DNA of 44,521 bases. Source: Myxococcota bacterium. Its GTDB lineage: Bacteria; Myxococcota_A; UBA796; GCA-2862545. The notes under the pieces were generated by a model. The model worked only from the letters and a program-made list of their open reading frames with translations, was not told the DNA's origin and did no database searches. Location: the NCBI GenBank assembly GCA_039208735.1, contig JBCCQY010000062.1, forward strand, positions 1 to 44,521, read 5' to 3'. A program made the position numbers and the translations under genes. This document shows, one piece after another, positions 27,338-37,074 of the stretch. How positions within the stretch are numbered: position 1 is the stretch's first letter; every line of letters starts with the position of its first letter.

Positions 27338-30202
27338 ATGCGGATGAACCCCTGGCCCGCTGTGCTGCTGCCGGTCGTCCTGACCGTTGCGGCGTGCGAC
27401 AAGGCCGAGCCGAACGCGGCGACCAACCAGATGGCCACGCTGACTGCACCCACCGTTGACGTCCCCTACGAGACGTTCACGCTCGACAATGGGCTTACGG
27501 TGGTCGTCCACGAAGACCACAAGACGCCGATCGTAGCCATCAACGTCTGGTACCACGTCGGATCGAAGAATGAGCCCGAGGGACGAAGCGGCTTTGCGCA
27601 CCTCTTCGAGCACCTGATGTTCCAGGGAACCGAGAACTTCAAGGGCGAGTTCTTCGAGCCCTTTGAGCGCGTGGGGGCCACGGATCAGAACGGCACGACC
27701 AATGAGGACCGGACCAACTACTTCGAAAACGTGCCCAGCCCTGCGTTGGACATGGCGTTGTGGATGGAGTCGGACCGGATGGGTCACTTCATTGGCTCGG
27801 TGACGCAAGAGCTGCTCGACGAGCAGCGTGGTGTTGTGAAGAACGAAAAGCGTCAGGGGCTCAACCAGCCCTACGGGGAGGCCTGGCAGATCATTGGATC
27901 CTACACCTACCCGAAGGGTCATCCCTACAGCCATTCGGTCATTGGCAGCATGGAGGACATCAACGCGGCTTCGCTCGATGATGTCAAGCAGTGGTTCGAC
28001 ACGTGGTATGGGCCTTCGAATGCAGTCATCGCCCTAGCGGGTGATGTGACCATGGACGAGGCGAAAGAAAAGGTCGAACTTTACTTTGGCGACATTCCTC
28101 CCGGGCCGCCGGTCGAGCGTCCTGCAGAATGGGTCGCGAAGATGGAGGGACCCACTCGCCTTGCGATTGAAGATGAGGTTCCCCAGGCCCGCCTGTACAA
28201 GGTCTGGAACGTGCCGCCGTACCTCGCCGCCGACGAACGCCGGCTCGAACTTGTGAGCAATCTGCTCACGTCGGGCAAGACGTCACGGCTCTACGAGCGC
28301 CTGGTCTACCAAGATGAGCTGACGACCGATGCCGTGTCGTTCGTGGCTTCGGCCGAGATCGGTTCGCAATTCTTCATTTACGCTACGGCGCGCAAGGGGA
28401 TTGACCTGGCCGATGTCGAAGCCGCAATCGACGAAGAGTTGGCCCGGCTCACGACCGAAGGACCGACCGAGGACGAGCTGCAGCGCGCGAAAATGGCGTA
28501 CTTCTCCTCAGGCGTGTACAGCTCCGAGCGCATCGGTGGGTTTGGTGGCAAGTCCGACCTGCTGGCGAGTAGCCAGATCTACGGGGGAAGCCCGGATGCG
28601 TGGGTCACCGGCGATGCGATCATTCGCAACGCCACATCGGCAGATCTCAAGGCGACGATGACGGAATGGTTGGACGATGGGGTGTTTAGCCTCGAAGTCC
28701 TCCCGCCCGAGACGTACGACGGGACCTCGCCTTACGCGAGCACGCCAAAGCGAAGCGACACCGTCGAAAACGGCATGGAGGGACCCCAGCTCGTCAAAGA
28801 GGCCCGCGACCGTGAGTTTGCGGCGAACCGCGAGGGGGCTGACCGGACGAAGCTGCCCGATACCGGAACCCCACCCGATTTGACCCTGCCGCCGTTGCAA
28901 CGCGCAACCCTTGGCAATGGGCTGCAGATCGTGCTTGCCGAGCGCCATGAAGCGCCGGTCGTGCGGGCGCAGATGGTGCTAACGGGTGGTGGTGGAGCGG
29001 ACCCGAAGGGCCTATCGGGCTTGGCGAACCTCACGATGCGCATGCTCGATGAGGGCACGGAGACCCGTGATGCGCTCGCGATCAGCCGCGAACTCCAGCG
29101 CCTCGGTGCTTCGGTGAGCAGCTCGGCTAACCTTGACCACTGCTTCGTGTCGCTGTCGACGTTGGCCACGACCTTGGAGCCCTCGCTCGAGTTGTACAGC
29201 GAGATTGCGTTGCGCCCTTCGTTCGCCGACGCCGAACTCGACCGTCAGCGTACGGCAGTGCTCGCGCGGATCGACCAGGAGAAGGCGAGCCCTACATCGT
29301 CTGCGTTCCGACTCTTGGGCCCGCTCATGTTCGGCGACGACCACGCCTACGGCGTTCCGTTGACCGGCTCGGGCACCATCGAAGGAGTTCAGGCCATCAC
29401 GCGGGACGATCTCGTCCAGTACCACCAGACGTGGTTCCGCCCGGATCAGGCCACCCTCGTGGTGGTCGGCGACACGACGCTGGCCACGTTGATGCCCAAA
29501 CTCGAAAAGACCTTTGGGAGCTGGACTGCCCCGAGTGAAGCGGCTCCCGAACGGAATGTTGGAGTGGTCAAGCCGGCGAGCGAAGCCAAGATTTACACGA
29601 TTGCCAAGCCCAACTCCGAGCAGACGATGCTCGTCGGCGGCTTGTTGCTGCCACCGCGCAAGGAAATCGACGTTCCGCTCGAACTCGTCAACGGGGTTCT
29701 GGGAGGCCAGTTCTCGGCCCGACTCAACATGAACCTGCGTGAAGACAAGCATTGGGCCTATGGCGCCTACAGCTTCATTGTGTCGACGGCCAACCAGCGG
29801 GTGCTCGGCCTCTTTGCTCCTGTGCAGACCGACAAAACGGCAGAAGGGCTGTTCGAGATGCAGAAGGAGCTGGTCCAGATTGCGGGGAAGAGGCCGCCAA
29901 CAGCCGACGAAGTCAACGTGCTGAAGGACAACTTGACCTTGGCCTTGCCAGGTGAGAACGAAACCGGCGCTGAGTTGTTGTCAAGCCTCGTGGAAATCGT
30001 CGTAAATGACTTACCAGACGATTATTGGAACAGCTACGTTTCCGAGGTACGGGGAACGACGCTCGAGGAAGTGAGTAAGGCTGCGACCGACTTGGTCCGG
30101 GCCGACCAAACCACCTGGATTGCGGTAGGTGACCTTGAGCGGATCGCCAAGCCGGTCGCCAAGCTCGGCATCGCAGAGATCCAGGCACCGCCTAAGCCGT
30201 AA
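27338..30202 (+). CDS. M16 (pitrilysin/insulinase) family zinc peptidase, lipoprotein, two-lobed
   Basis: Lipobox VAAC; WYHVGS.NE..G.SGFAHLFEHLMF inverted HxxEH motif; second, inactive M16 lobe. Start could be 27326 or 27344. Confidence 0.93.
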   Translation: MRMNPWPAVLLPVVLTVAACDKAEPNAATNQMATLTAPTVDVPYETFTLDNGLTVVVHEDHKTPIVAINVWYHVGSKNEPEGRSGFAHLFEHLMFQGTENFKGEFFEPFERVGATDQNGTTNEDRTNYFENVPSPALDMALWMESDRMGHFIGSVTQELLDEQRGVVKNEKRQGLNQPYGEAWQIIGSYTYPKGHPYSHSVIGSMEDINAASLDDVKQWFDTWYGPSNAVIALAGDVTMDEAKEKVELYFGDIPPGPPVERPAEWVAKMEGPTRLAIEDEVPQARLYKVWNVPPYLAADERRLELVSNLLTSGKTSRLYERLVYQDELTTDAVSFVASAEIGSQFFIYATARKGIDLADVEAAIDEELARLTTEGPTEDELQRAKMAYFSSGVYSSERIGGFGGKSDLLASSQIYGGSPDAWVTGDAIIRNATSADLKATMTEWLDDGVFSLEVLPPETYDGTSPYASTPKRSDTVENGMEGPQLVKEARDREFAANREGADRTKLPDTGTPPDLTLPPLQRATLGNGLQIVLAERHEAPVVRAQMVLTGGGGADPKGLSGLANLTMRMLDEGTETRDALAISRELQRLGASVSSSANLDHCFVSLSTLATTLEPSLELYSEIALRPSFADAELDRQRTAVLARIDQEKASPTSSAFRLLGPLMFGDDHAYGVPLTGSGTIEGVQAITRDDLVQYHQTWFRPDQATLVVVGDTTLATLMPKLEKTFGSWTAPSEAAPERNVGVVKPASEAKIYTIAKPNSEQTMLVGGLLLPPRKEIDVPLELVNGVLGGQFSARLNMNLREDKHWAYGAYSFIVSTANQRVLGLFAPVQTDKTAEGLFEMQKELVQIAGKRPPTADEVNVLKDNLTLALPGENETGAELLSSLVEIVVNDLPDDYWNSYVSEVRGTTLEEVSKAATDLVRADQTTWIAVGDLERIAKPVAKLGIAEIQAPPKP

Positions 30203-30296
30203 GCTCCGTAGCGGAACGGTGACCATTGCGTTCCCGCATGCCATCTGGCATGGTTGATGACGATCGCAAGGCGACGCGCCGGCCAGGAGGGAACGC

Positions 30297-30791
30297 ATGC
30301 GGTGGTGGTGGATTGGAGCGGCCCTGGTTGCCTGCGACACTGGGCCGGACGGCCCACGCTCGGGGGAGTGGAGTTTTTCCAGCGCTGAGGTGGTGTCGAA
30401 TCAGTGCCAGTTTCCCGAAGAGGATGTGGTGGAGCAAGGCACGTTTTACCTTCACTCTGGTGAAGACGAAGGCGTGACCATCGCACTGCCTGACAATCCA
30501 GAGCCCCTCCCCTGCGCCGCCGCGGCTGATGGCACGCTGTACTGTGTGGATGAATTGGTCAGCGAAGTGGCGACCGGAGGCGCGGTCATCACAATTGGCA
30601 CAGAACTGATGGCGATGTTCATCGACGAAGTGACCGGCGAGGTCACCCAGGAACTCGATGGCGATTGCATGGGCAGTTTGTGTTCATTGGCGGCTTCTGC
30701 CTTGAACACATCTTTTCCGTGCACGGTCGATCTTCATTACGACGTGATGTGGCGGTCGGACGACCTCGGGATTCTTGCCAAAGACCGCTGA
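30297..30791 (+). CDS. Hypothetical Cys-containing lipoprotein (164 aa)
   Basis: RBS AGGAGG; lipobox LVAC; six further Cys. Confidence 0.7.
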   Translation: MRWWWIGAALVACDTGPDGPRSGEWSFSSAEVVSNQCQFPEEDVVEQGTFYLHSGEDEGVTIALPDNPEPLPCAAAADGTLYCVDELVSEVATGGAVITIGTELMAMFIDEVTGEVTQELDGDCMGSLCSLAASALNTSFPCTVDLHYDVMWRSDDLGILAKDR

Positions 30792-30816
30792 TAGGCCCCG
30801 AGGAAAGGAAGCTTCG

Positions 30817-31470
30817 ATGGCGGACGACGTGAAGACCTACTCAGGCAGTGCAGCCGACATGACCTGGGACGGTCGGTTGTGCATCCACGTGGGGGAGTGT
30901 GGACGGGCGGCGAACGCCTTGTTTGAGGCTGGACGAAAGCCTTGGGGAGACCCTGATCAGGGAACGGCGGATGAGGTGGCGGAGACGGTGATGCGCTGTC
31001 CTACCGGAGCGCTCGCCTTCGTGCGTAAAGACGGTGGCCCAGCCGAAGCAGCGACCCCAGACAACACCGTGGTCGTGGCCAACCATGGCCCGCTGTATGT
31101 CCGCGGTGACCTAGCGATCGAAGGAGTGGCCGACGACATGCCGGGCGTCAACTTCCGGGCGGCGCTTTGTCGGTGTGGGCAGTCGAAGAACAAGCCGTTT
31201 TGCGACAACAGCCATGAGGCTTCGGGATTCTCCGACCGTGGCGCGGTGGGCGAGACCGGCTCGAGCCGGAGTGGTTCGGGGGGCACGCTCAACGTTGCGC
31301 TCGCCCCGAACGGGCCTCTGCTCCTTCAGGGCAATGTGCAAATCATCGCGAGTAGCGGTCGCGTGGCCTGGGAAGGGGAAAAAGCCGCGCTCTGTCGGTG
31401 TGGTCACTCGAAGAACAAGCCGTTTTGCGATGGCGCTCACCGCGCAGCGGGATTTGACAGCTCGCAGTAG
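30817..31470 (+). CDS. CDGSH iron-sulfur domain protein with N-terminal divergent 4Fe-4S mono-cluster domain
   Basis: CIHVGEC...CPTGAL followed by two LCRCG.SKNKPFCD(N/G)(S/A)H motifs. Confidence 0.92.
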   Translation: MADDVKTYSGSAADMTWDGRLCIHVGECGRAANALFEAGRKPWGDPDQGTADEVAETVMRCPTGALAFVRKDGGPAEAATPDNTVVVANHGPLYVRGDLAIEGVADDMPGVNFRAALCRCGQSKNKPFCDNSHEASGFSDRGAVGETGSSRSGSGGTLNVALAPNGPLLLQGNVQIIASSGRVAWEGEKAALCRCGHSKNKPFCDGAHRAAGFDSSQ

Positions 31471-31474
31471 TCCC

Positions 31475-32260
31475 TCAGGGTGCGCTGGCCGGATTGCGGA
31501 CCAGTGCATCGGGAAGTGGGTACACCACCAACTCGTCGTAAACGTAGTACCCAGTGGGAAGCTCACCAATGGGCGCGTCGTCGACATCGGCGGCGAGTAG
31601 GCGTTGGTCCGTCAGGACCGCACCGGCTTCAAGCTCGAATCCCTGCCAGTAAGCCAGGGGCTCAACCCCCAATTCGTAGGGTTCTTCGCCTTCTCGGTCG
31701 CCCTGGAGCGTCGTCTTCGCCATGAAGCCTGGGGTTGCTTCAAGTTCAGAGAGCAAGCCCGGCTGAAGCATCGCTCCGGTCATGGCAAAGCGCCAGGTGA
31801 GTGCGCTCCAATAGGTCAGGGCGTCGTCATCCTCAAGGTACTGAGTGTCGAGATAGCCCTGTTCGGGACAATTGGTCGTGGTCGTCGCGGTGTTTCCAGG
31901 GATCGAAAGCTGCCATTGGCGACCTGATGTGTCGTCAAGAGCGTCCGTGGCCAGTCCAGCCACGCGCACCGCGACCTGACAGTCCGGAAGATCGAGGCCA
32001 GCATCCGCCGATAGCGTAAGAACGACCGCCGAAACAAAACCTGGTTCGCCATCGATCGTGGTCGGATCCACAATCGCCTTCGCCGGGTTGTCCCACGCGA
32101 TGTACGCATTGATCCGGAGCGTCTTCGCAAACGCAGGGATAGGTGGAGGTGGCTCCGGCATCGTCGCGCTGTCGTCAGGCAACGCTTCAATACGGCCGCC
32201 TGAACAGCCAATGCAACCGAGCAAACCGAATCCGAGGCCAAGGCGTGCGCACGACATCAT
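31475..32260 (-). CDS. Hypothetical lipoprotein, paralog of 32741..33736
   Basis: Lipobox-like IGC; shares AWDN, QWQL.I, YW.AL.W, GEEP and LPTGYY..D with the paralog. Confidence 0.75.
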   Translation of the reverse strand: MMSCARLGLGFGLLGCIGCSGGRIEALPDDSATMPEPPPPIPAFAKTLRINAYIAWDNPAKAIVDPTTIDGEPGFVSAVVLTLSADAGLDLPDCQVAVRVAGLATDALDDTSGRQWQLSIPGNTATTTTNCPEQGYLDTQYLEDDDALTYWSALTWRFAMTGAMLQPGLLSELEATPGFMAKTTLQGDREGEEPYELGVEPLAYWQGFELEAGAVLTDQRLLAADVDDAPIGELPTGYYVYDELVVYPLPDALVRNPASAP

Positions 32261-32276
32261 CGGCGCTCCTTAACGC

Positions 32277-32741
32277 TCACTGGGATGGAGCGAGGACCAA
32301 CGTAGCGGGACGGTCTTCGTTGAGCAGAATGGGCTCAATCAGGTTGTTCAAGCATCGGTCGAACGTGACCGCCGACAACTCGGGCGCCGTGACTTGAGCG
32401 GTCCACAACCCCTCGTCGGTGGGCGTGTAGGACGCCACCAGTTCGATCGACTCGCCGAACGTCGTTCCATCGTGGAGGCGGGCCAGTTCGAAACAGCCCT
32501 CGATTTCTCGAGAGCGGATCGAAAGCGCGCTTTCCAAGTCGCGGGCCCGGTTGAGTCGAGTCACCATTTGATCGACGCGCTCGGGCTTACTCGCAACCTG
32601 GGCTCGCTCCCGCCGAACGTCATCTCCGACGGGGGCCAGGTTGGGATTAGACGGCATCTCACGCGGGCTGAACACCCAAAGGCCGAGGGTACCGAGCACC
32701 CCCAACCCGATGAGGACGAGCAGCCAGCGTGACACGCTCAT
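32277..32741 (-). CDS. Hypothetical single-pass membrane protein with a possible divergent AgmX/PglI-like C-terminal domain
   Basis: N-terminal TM helix; IEGCFE...G.....V...FDRCL Cys pair spaced as in AgmX/PglI domains; TGATG overlap with the upstream gene. Confidence 0.6.
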   Translation of the reverse strand: MSVSRWLLVLIGLGVLGTLGLWVFSPREMPSNPNLAPVGDDVRRERAQVASKPERVDQMVTRLNRARDLESALSIRSREIEGCFELARLHDGTTFGESIELVASYTPTDEGLWTAQVTAPELSAVTFDRCLNNLIEPILLNEDRPATLVLAPSQ

Positions 32742-33736
32742 CAGTTACCGGTGTCGCTCGTGTCGCCGGCCGTATCGGTATCGGTGTCGGCATCCGTATC
32801 GCTGTCGGTATCGGCGTCCGTATCGGTGTCGGTGTCGGCATCCGTATCGGTGTCGGTGTCGGCATCCGTGTCGGCGTCACCATCGGAGTCGGTCAGACCC
32901 GAGTTGGTGCGCTCGAGGACTTCCGGCAGGAACTGGATGACGAAGCCATCGAACTGGTAGTAGCCGGTGGGCAGGCCGCCAGCGGCGACGTCGGTGATCT
33001 CAGCGGCGGTGTACTGACGGTTTTCGATGCCGTCATTCCCGAAGCGCACGTCGCGGCCTTCGAGTTCCCAACCACGGATCGTGAAGAAGTTCGCGAGGTC
33101 TTCGGACTGGGGAATGCCGAAGGGCTCTTCGCCAGCCAGGTTTGCCTGGACCCAGAACTGCAGGTCGATGTCGTCGGAGTCGCTCAAGAACTCTTCGAGG
33201 TCTTCATCGAGGTTCTCGTCGAACACCGTGAGCTGCCACGGCAGGGCGCCCCAATACTCAAGCGAGCTGTTCTTGCCGACGAACTGCTCTTCGGAGAAGC
33301 CCTGGTTGATGCAGGTGGTATCGACGGGCTTGAAGCCTTCGGGGAACTGGGGCCCCTCGCCCATCACGCCTTCCTGGATGTTCAGCTGCCACTGGGCACC
33401 CGGAACGAACGGCTCAGCCTCGAATCCTTCCAACTGGATGCGGACGCGGCACTGGTTCGCCTCGGAAGCGTCCAGCCCGTCTTCGTTGTACAGCTCGAAG
33501 ATGATGAAGGAGTTGAAGCCCTCTTCACCGTCGACCGTGTAGTCCGTGATCACCCGGTTCTCGTTGTCCCACGCGAAGATGGCCGTGTAGGTGATGCCTC
33601 GGACGAGCTTGGCCGGCTCTTCGAACACGGAGTCACCGCCGGGTGGGGGCGGAGGCGGGGTATCGCTCGGCTCGTCATCACCGCCGCTGCAGGCGATAAA
33701 CATGGAAACAAGCGGAACGACAGTGAGTAGGCGCAT
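32741..33736 (-). CDS. Hypothetical acidic lipoprotein with C-terminal Asp-Thr/Asp-Ala repeat tail
   Basis: Lipobox FIAC; poly-Pro linker; tail DSDGDADTDADTDTDTD...; strongly GC3-biased codons. Confidence 0.8.
   Translation of the reverse strand: MRLLTVVPLVSMFIACSGGDDEPSDTPPPPPPGGDSVFEEPAKLVRGITYTAIFAWDNENRVITDYTVDGEEGFNSFIIFELYNEDGLDASEANQCRVRIQLEGFEAEPFVPGAQWQLNIQEGVMGEGPQFPEGFKPVDTTCINQGFSEEQFVGKNSSLEYWGALPWQLTVFDENLDEDLEEFLSDSDDIDLQFWVQANLAGEEPFGIPQSEDLANFFTIRGWELEGRDVRFGNDGIENRQYTAAEITDVAAGGLPTGYYQFDGFVIQFLPEVLERTNSGLTDSDGDADTDADTDTDTDADTDTDTDADTDSDTDADTDTDTAGDTSDTGN
32745..32893 (-). repeat. Hexanucleotide coding repeat encoding (D-T/A/S)n
   Basis: Tandem gtatcg/gtgtcg/gcatcc units on the + strand. 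Confidence 0.85.
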
Positions 33737-33895
33737 ATGCGCTCCGAGGGGCTGAGGTTGTAGGTGACGACACTGTTACCACATCCCACGTGGCGCCTGC
33801 CACTTCGTTGTCAACGGCCTACGGCGATTTCTCGCAAAGTTGTTGTAAGGCGGTCTTGGGGACGACCAACCTCGAAAATCGGTCCTTGACCGAAG

Positions 33896-34510
33896 CTACG
33901 GGCGTGGAACGCTTGCAAAGCCACGAAGCAGTTCGGATGCAAGCGTTCCATCGGCGGACCCGTTCTCTCCGCGACGCCGCAGGGCGTCGTTGATGCGGTG
34001 TCCACGGCCGTCATGACGGTCGTACGGACGCACCAGGTTCATGACGAACCGAGACCGTCCTCGACTGGTTCCTGCGTGAGCGAGGTGAACCGTGCCATCT
34101 TTGGTCACGCCCAGCACGATGGCAATGTGGGACAGCTCGTCGTCCTTTCGCCCATTTCCGTTCCGGTCATAGGTGTGATCGAAGAACGCGAGGTCCCCGG
34201 TTTGGGGGACGGCCTGTCGGTGGGTCCAACCCTTCGAGGCCGCAACGTCCCACAACATTGCGGTCGAGCCCCGGAGCGGTAGACCCACCCGTGCGAAGGT
34301 CGCTTCGACAAAGCCTGAGCAGTCGTCTCGGAAGCCCTTCGGGTAGTGCTTGAGCGTGTAGGCCGCGACGCGGGCGATCTGTTCACCAAACGGCGGTTCT
34401 GGCGTCGCAGCACGATGCTGCGAAGGTTGAACGAAGGCGGTAGAGGCCTGTGCCTTGACGCAACCGGTGGTCACCAGCCCCCACACCAACCAGCCGGCTC
34501 GGAGCGTCAT
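33896..34510 (-). CDS. NlpC/P60 (CHAP-like) cell-wall peptidase lipoprotein
   Basis: Lipobox TTGC; DCSGFV catalytic Cys, GDLAFFD and SHIAIV catalytic His. Confidence 0.88.
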   Translation of the reverse strand: MTLRAGWLVWGLVTTGCVKAQASTAFVQPSQHRAATPEPPFGEQIARVAAYTLKHYPKGFRDDCSGFVEATFARVGLPLRGSTAMLWDVAASKGWTHRQAVPQTGDLAFFDHTYDRNGNGRKDDELSHIAIVLGVTKDGTVHLAHAGTSRGRSRFVMNLVRPYDRHDGRGHRINDALRRRGENGSADGTLASELLRGFASVPRP

Positions 34511-34671
34511 GGCCCTGCCTCATCGCGTCGAATCCGCTTGGGGTGTCGCATCAGGCTCGCTGCCTCCTGGTGGCGGGTCGGGTGATAGAGACGTCCCGTT
34601 GGCGAATTGCTTCGATGTTGTTGCTCCTCGATGGAGGAGCGACGGCCCAACATTCCGGAAACGAGCACGAA

Positions 34672-36270
34672 ATGGTGATTCTCGGCGTCGCCGATGGACG
34701 GGACGCCGGCGCGGCACTGGTGGTGGGGGCCAAAACGGTCTCGCTGCGCCTGCAAGAGCGATTTGATCGCATCCCTCGGTCCGATGCGTTTCCGTGGGAG
34801 GCGATCGAGCAAGTGTTGGTCGATGGGGGCGTGCGACGGGAGCAGGTGGATGTGGTCGCCGTAGCCGGCCGCATTACGCCACCGTTGATCGTGCGTCGCC
34901 ATCGAGGGTTGCGCAGCTTCGCCCAAGATCCGTTCTCGGCCGTGCTCGATGCCCAAGTGGCACGCGATGGATTTCTTCGGCAGTCCGGGTTGGCGGCCCT
35001 CGAGTCGGATGCCGCGGCCGAGTTCTTCAACGAGGCGTTCGTCCAGCGAGGGTTCAATCCACGACGGGTGGTCATGGTGGACCAACACCGCGCCCTGGCC
35101 GCTGCGGCATACCGAACCCAACCCGAGTCCGACGCCATCGTCGTCTCGTTGCATGGTCGAGGGGACGGGGTCGGGCTTGCCGTGCACCGTGGACGCTCGG
35201 GGCAGCTCGAGCAAATCCTCTCGCAAGCGGGCATCTCCGCGGTTCATCTCCACCTCGATCGCTGCCGTGCGGTGCTCGGGTTGCACGGACAACCTCACGC
35301 GGACCTGTCGGCCCTGGGCGCCCGAGGTTCCATCGATGAACATCTCGTGGCCGAGCTGCACCAGGTCTGGGGGGTGGATCGCGGCATCATCGAGCGTCGC
35401 AGCCTTCGACTGCGTGGGCAGACCGCATCGCCATGGAAGCAGCTGGCTGCGGCACCTCGAGAAGTCGCCGCGGCGAGCATCATGGCGCACCTGCGGGAAT
35501 GCGTCCTGGGGTTGATTCAGGGGCACCTCGAACAGCAGCGAACGTCGACGGTGATCGTCGCTGGGTCGATGCTCGCCGATCCGCGAATCGTCGCGTCCAT
35601 CGCGCACGCGGGGGCCACGGTCTACACCCCGCCGGTGCCTGGGTTCACCGCGTTGCCCCTGGGGGCGGCATTGGCCCAAGCTGGATCTGCGCCAGCCGAC
35701 GTGTCCACGGCGTTGTGGGCTCCTCAGGTCACCGCCGTGCCACCGGACTCCGCAGTCCCGTTCACGGCTTCCCGCATGGCGGAGCGCCTGCATGCCGGCC
35801 ATGCCATCGCCCGCTTCGTGGGGGGCCACCCCGGATGTCCATGGGGCGGGGGCAGCCGTTCGGTGTGGGTGGCCGGCCACAACAAGACGGCGATTCGGGC
35901 TCGGTTGCGTCTTCCGGGGTGGGCCGAGCCGGCCGTGATCGCCCTTCCTCGAACCATCGAGGTCGAAGACCGCCCACGCCTAGCGGGCCCCTTGGGTCAC
36001 GGAAGTGCGGCCATTCGCCCCCTGCGATCGCCGGTGCCAACGTTGGCCGACGGGCGGCTCCATCTGCGGGAAGTCGCAAGGGATGAAACTGAAATGCAAG
36101 CCGTCCTTAGGGCCTTGGCCCAGCGGGGAGCCCCGCCGGTGGCCATGATTTGGCCGCTGCGTGAGGCTCGTCAGCCGATCGTCGCGACGGCCGACCGGGC
36201 CATCGACCTCTGGCGCCGCGCCCACCTCGATGCACTCCAGGTGGGCAGGCACTGGGTCGAACGCTCATGA
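34672..36270 (+). CDS. Carbamoyltransferase (CmcH/NodU/TobZ)-like protein, catalytically degenerate
   Basis: MVILGV...DAGAALV, QERFDR, FPWEAI..VL, VAA.I...L and QPIVAT...AI match the family layout, but key motifs are substituted. Confidence 0.75.
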   Translation: MVILGVADGRDAGAALVVGAKTVSLRLQERFDRIPRSDAFPWEAIEQVLVDGGVRREQVDVVAVAGRITPPLIVRRHRGLRSFAQDPFSAVLDAQVARDGFLRQSGLAALESDAAAEFFNEAFVQRGFNPRRVVMVDQHRALAAAAYRTQPESDAIVVSLHGRGDGVGLAVHRGRSGQLEQILSQAGISAVHLHLDRCRAVLGLHGQPHADLSALGARGSIDEHLVAELHQVWGVDRGIIERRSLRLRGQTASPWKQLAAAPREVAAASIMAHLRECVLGLIQGHLEQQRTSTVIVAGSMLADPRIVASIAHAGATVYTPPVPGFTALPLGAALAQAGSAPADVSTALWAPQVTAVPPDSAVPFTASRMAERLHAGHAIARFVGGHPGCPWGGGSRSVWVAGHNKTAIRARLRLPGWAEPAVIALPRTIEVEDRPRLAGPLGHGSAAIRPLRSPVPTLADGRLHLREVARDETEMQAVLRALAQRGAPPVAMIWPLREARQPIVATADRAIDLWRRAHLDALQVGRHWVERS

Positions 36271-37034
36271 CGCCGCAGGAACGACGAGCCGCGCTGGTCG
36301 AGGTGGGGGCGTTGTTTCTGCTCACCCTGCTCGCCATCCGGGTGGTGGTGGAAATTCATCAGCTGGGCCCTGGCGGATGGGTGTGGGACGTCGTGTTGGT
36401 TGGGGTTCCCCTGCTCTTCATGTGGACGCCGGTCTGGTCGTGTCGGCTGCGGGGGGCGGACCCTTGGGCCTACCCGATGGCGGTGCCAGATTGGCCGTGG
36501 CGGGACCCAACCTCCAGGCGGGAATGGTCCGATGCGCTTCGCCTCGGAGGAGGGTTTGCGCTTGCCCTGACGCTGCCCTTTTGGGGCGGCTACCACCTTT
36601 GGCAGGTGTACCTCGTACCCATCGTCGAGCAGACGCTGGCCGTGGACCTGTACAGGCCGGACCCTGTCTTTGCCTGGCGGTTGCCGCCTGATCTGGGATT
36701 GCTGGTGCCCTACCACCTGTTCTTCGTGGCGATTCCCGAGGAGATCTTCTACCGGGGCTATCTCCAAACGCGGCTCGACGAGGTGTTCCCCCCTACGGTC
36801 CAGGTGTTTGGGGCCAAGCTGGGGTGGGGATTCGCGCTGACGTGCCTGTTGTTCGCCTTTGGTCATTCGATCGTGCTCTTCCAGTGGTGGCACGTCTTCA
36901 TCGTGTTCCCGAGCCTTGTGTTCGGGTGGATGCGTGCCCGAACTGGCGGCTTCCTCGCGGGGGCGATCTTCCACGCGTGGTGCAACGTTGTCGTCCAGAT
37001 CCTCGATCACCTCTACGGGATTGGGCTGTCCTGA
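36267..37034 (+). CDS. CPBP family glutamic intramembrane protease, myxosortase (MrtC)-like
   Basis: PEEIFYRGYLQ, LFAFGH, VFPSLVFGWMRARTG and AIFHAWCN; ATGA overlap with the upstream gene. Confidence 0.85.
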   Translation: MTPQERRAALVEVGALFLLTLLAIRVVVEIHQLGPGGWVWDVVLVGVPLLFMWTPVWSCRLRGADPWAYPMAVPDWPWRDPTSRREWSDALRLGGGFALALTLPFWGGYHLWQVYLVPIVEQTLAVDLYRPDPVFAWRLPPDLGLLVPYHLFFVAIPEEIFYRGYLQTRLDEVFPPTVQVFGAKLGWGFALTCLLFAFGHSIVLFQWWHVFIVFPSLVFGWMRARTGGFLAGAIFHAWCNVVVQILDHLYGIGLS

Positions 37035-37074
37035 CCGATGGGACATGCGTTCCTTCGGATTCCGTGGAGCCTCC

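Noticed and set aside
30203..30296. Fluoride riboswitch (TTGATGAC resembles its 3' motif)
   Set aside because: The 5' GGnGATGGnGTTCnCC element is absent and no fluoride-related gene follows.
33806..33816. Perfect TTGACA on the minus strand within the palindrome CGTTG-T-CAACG
   Set aside because: No -10 hexamer at 16-18 nt spacing; too short to call as an operator.
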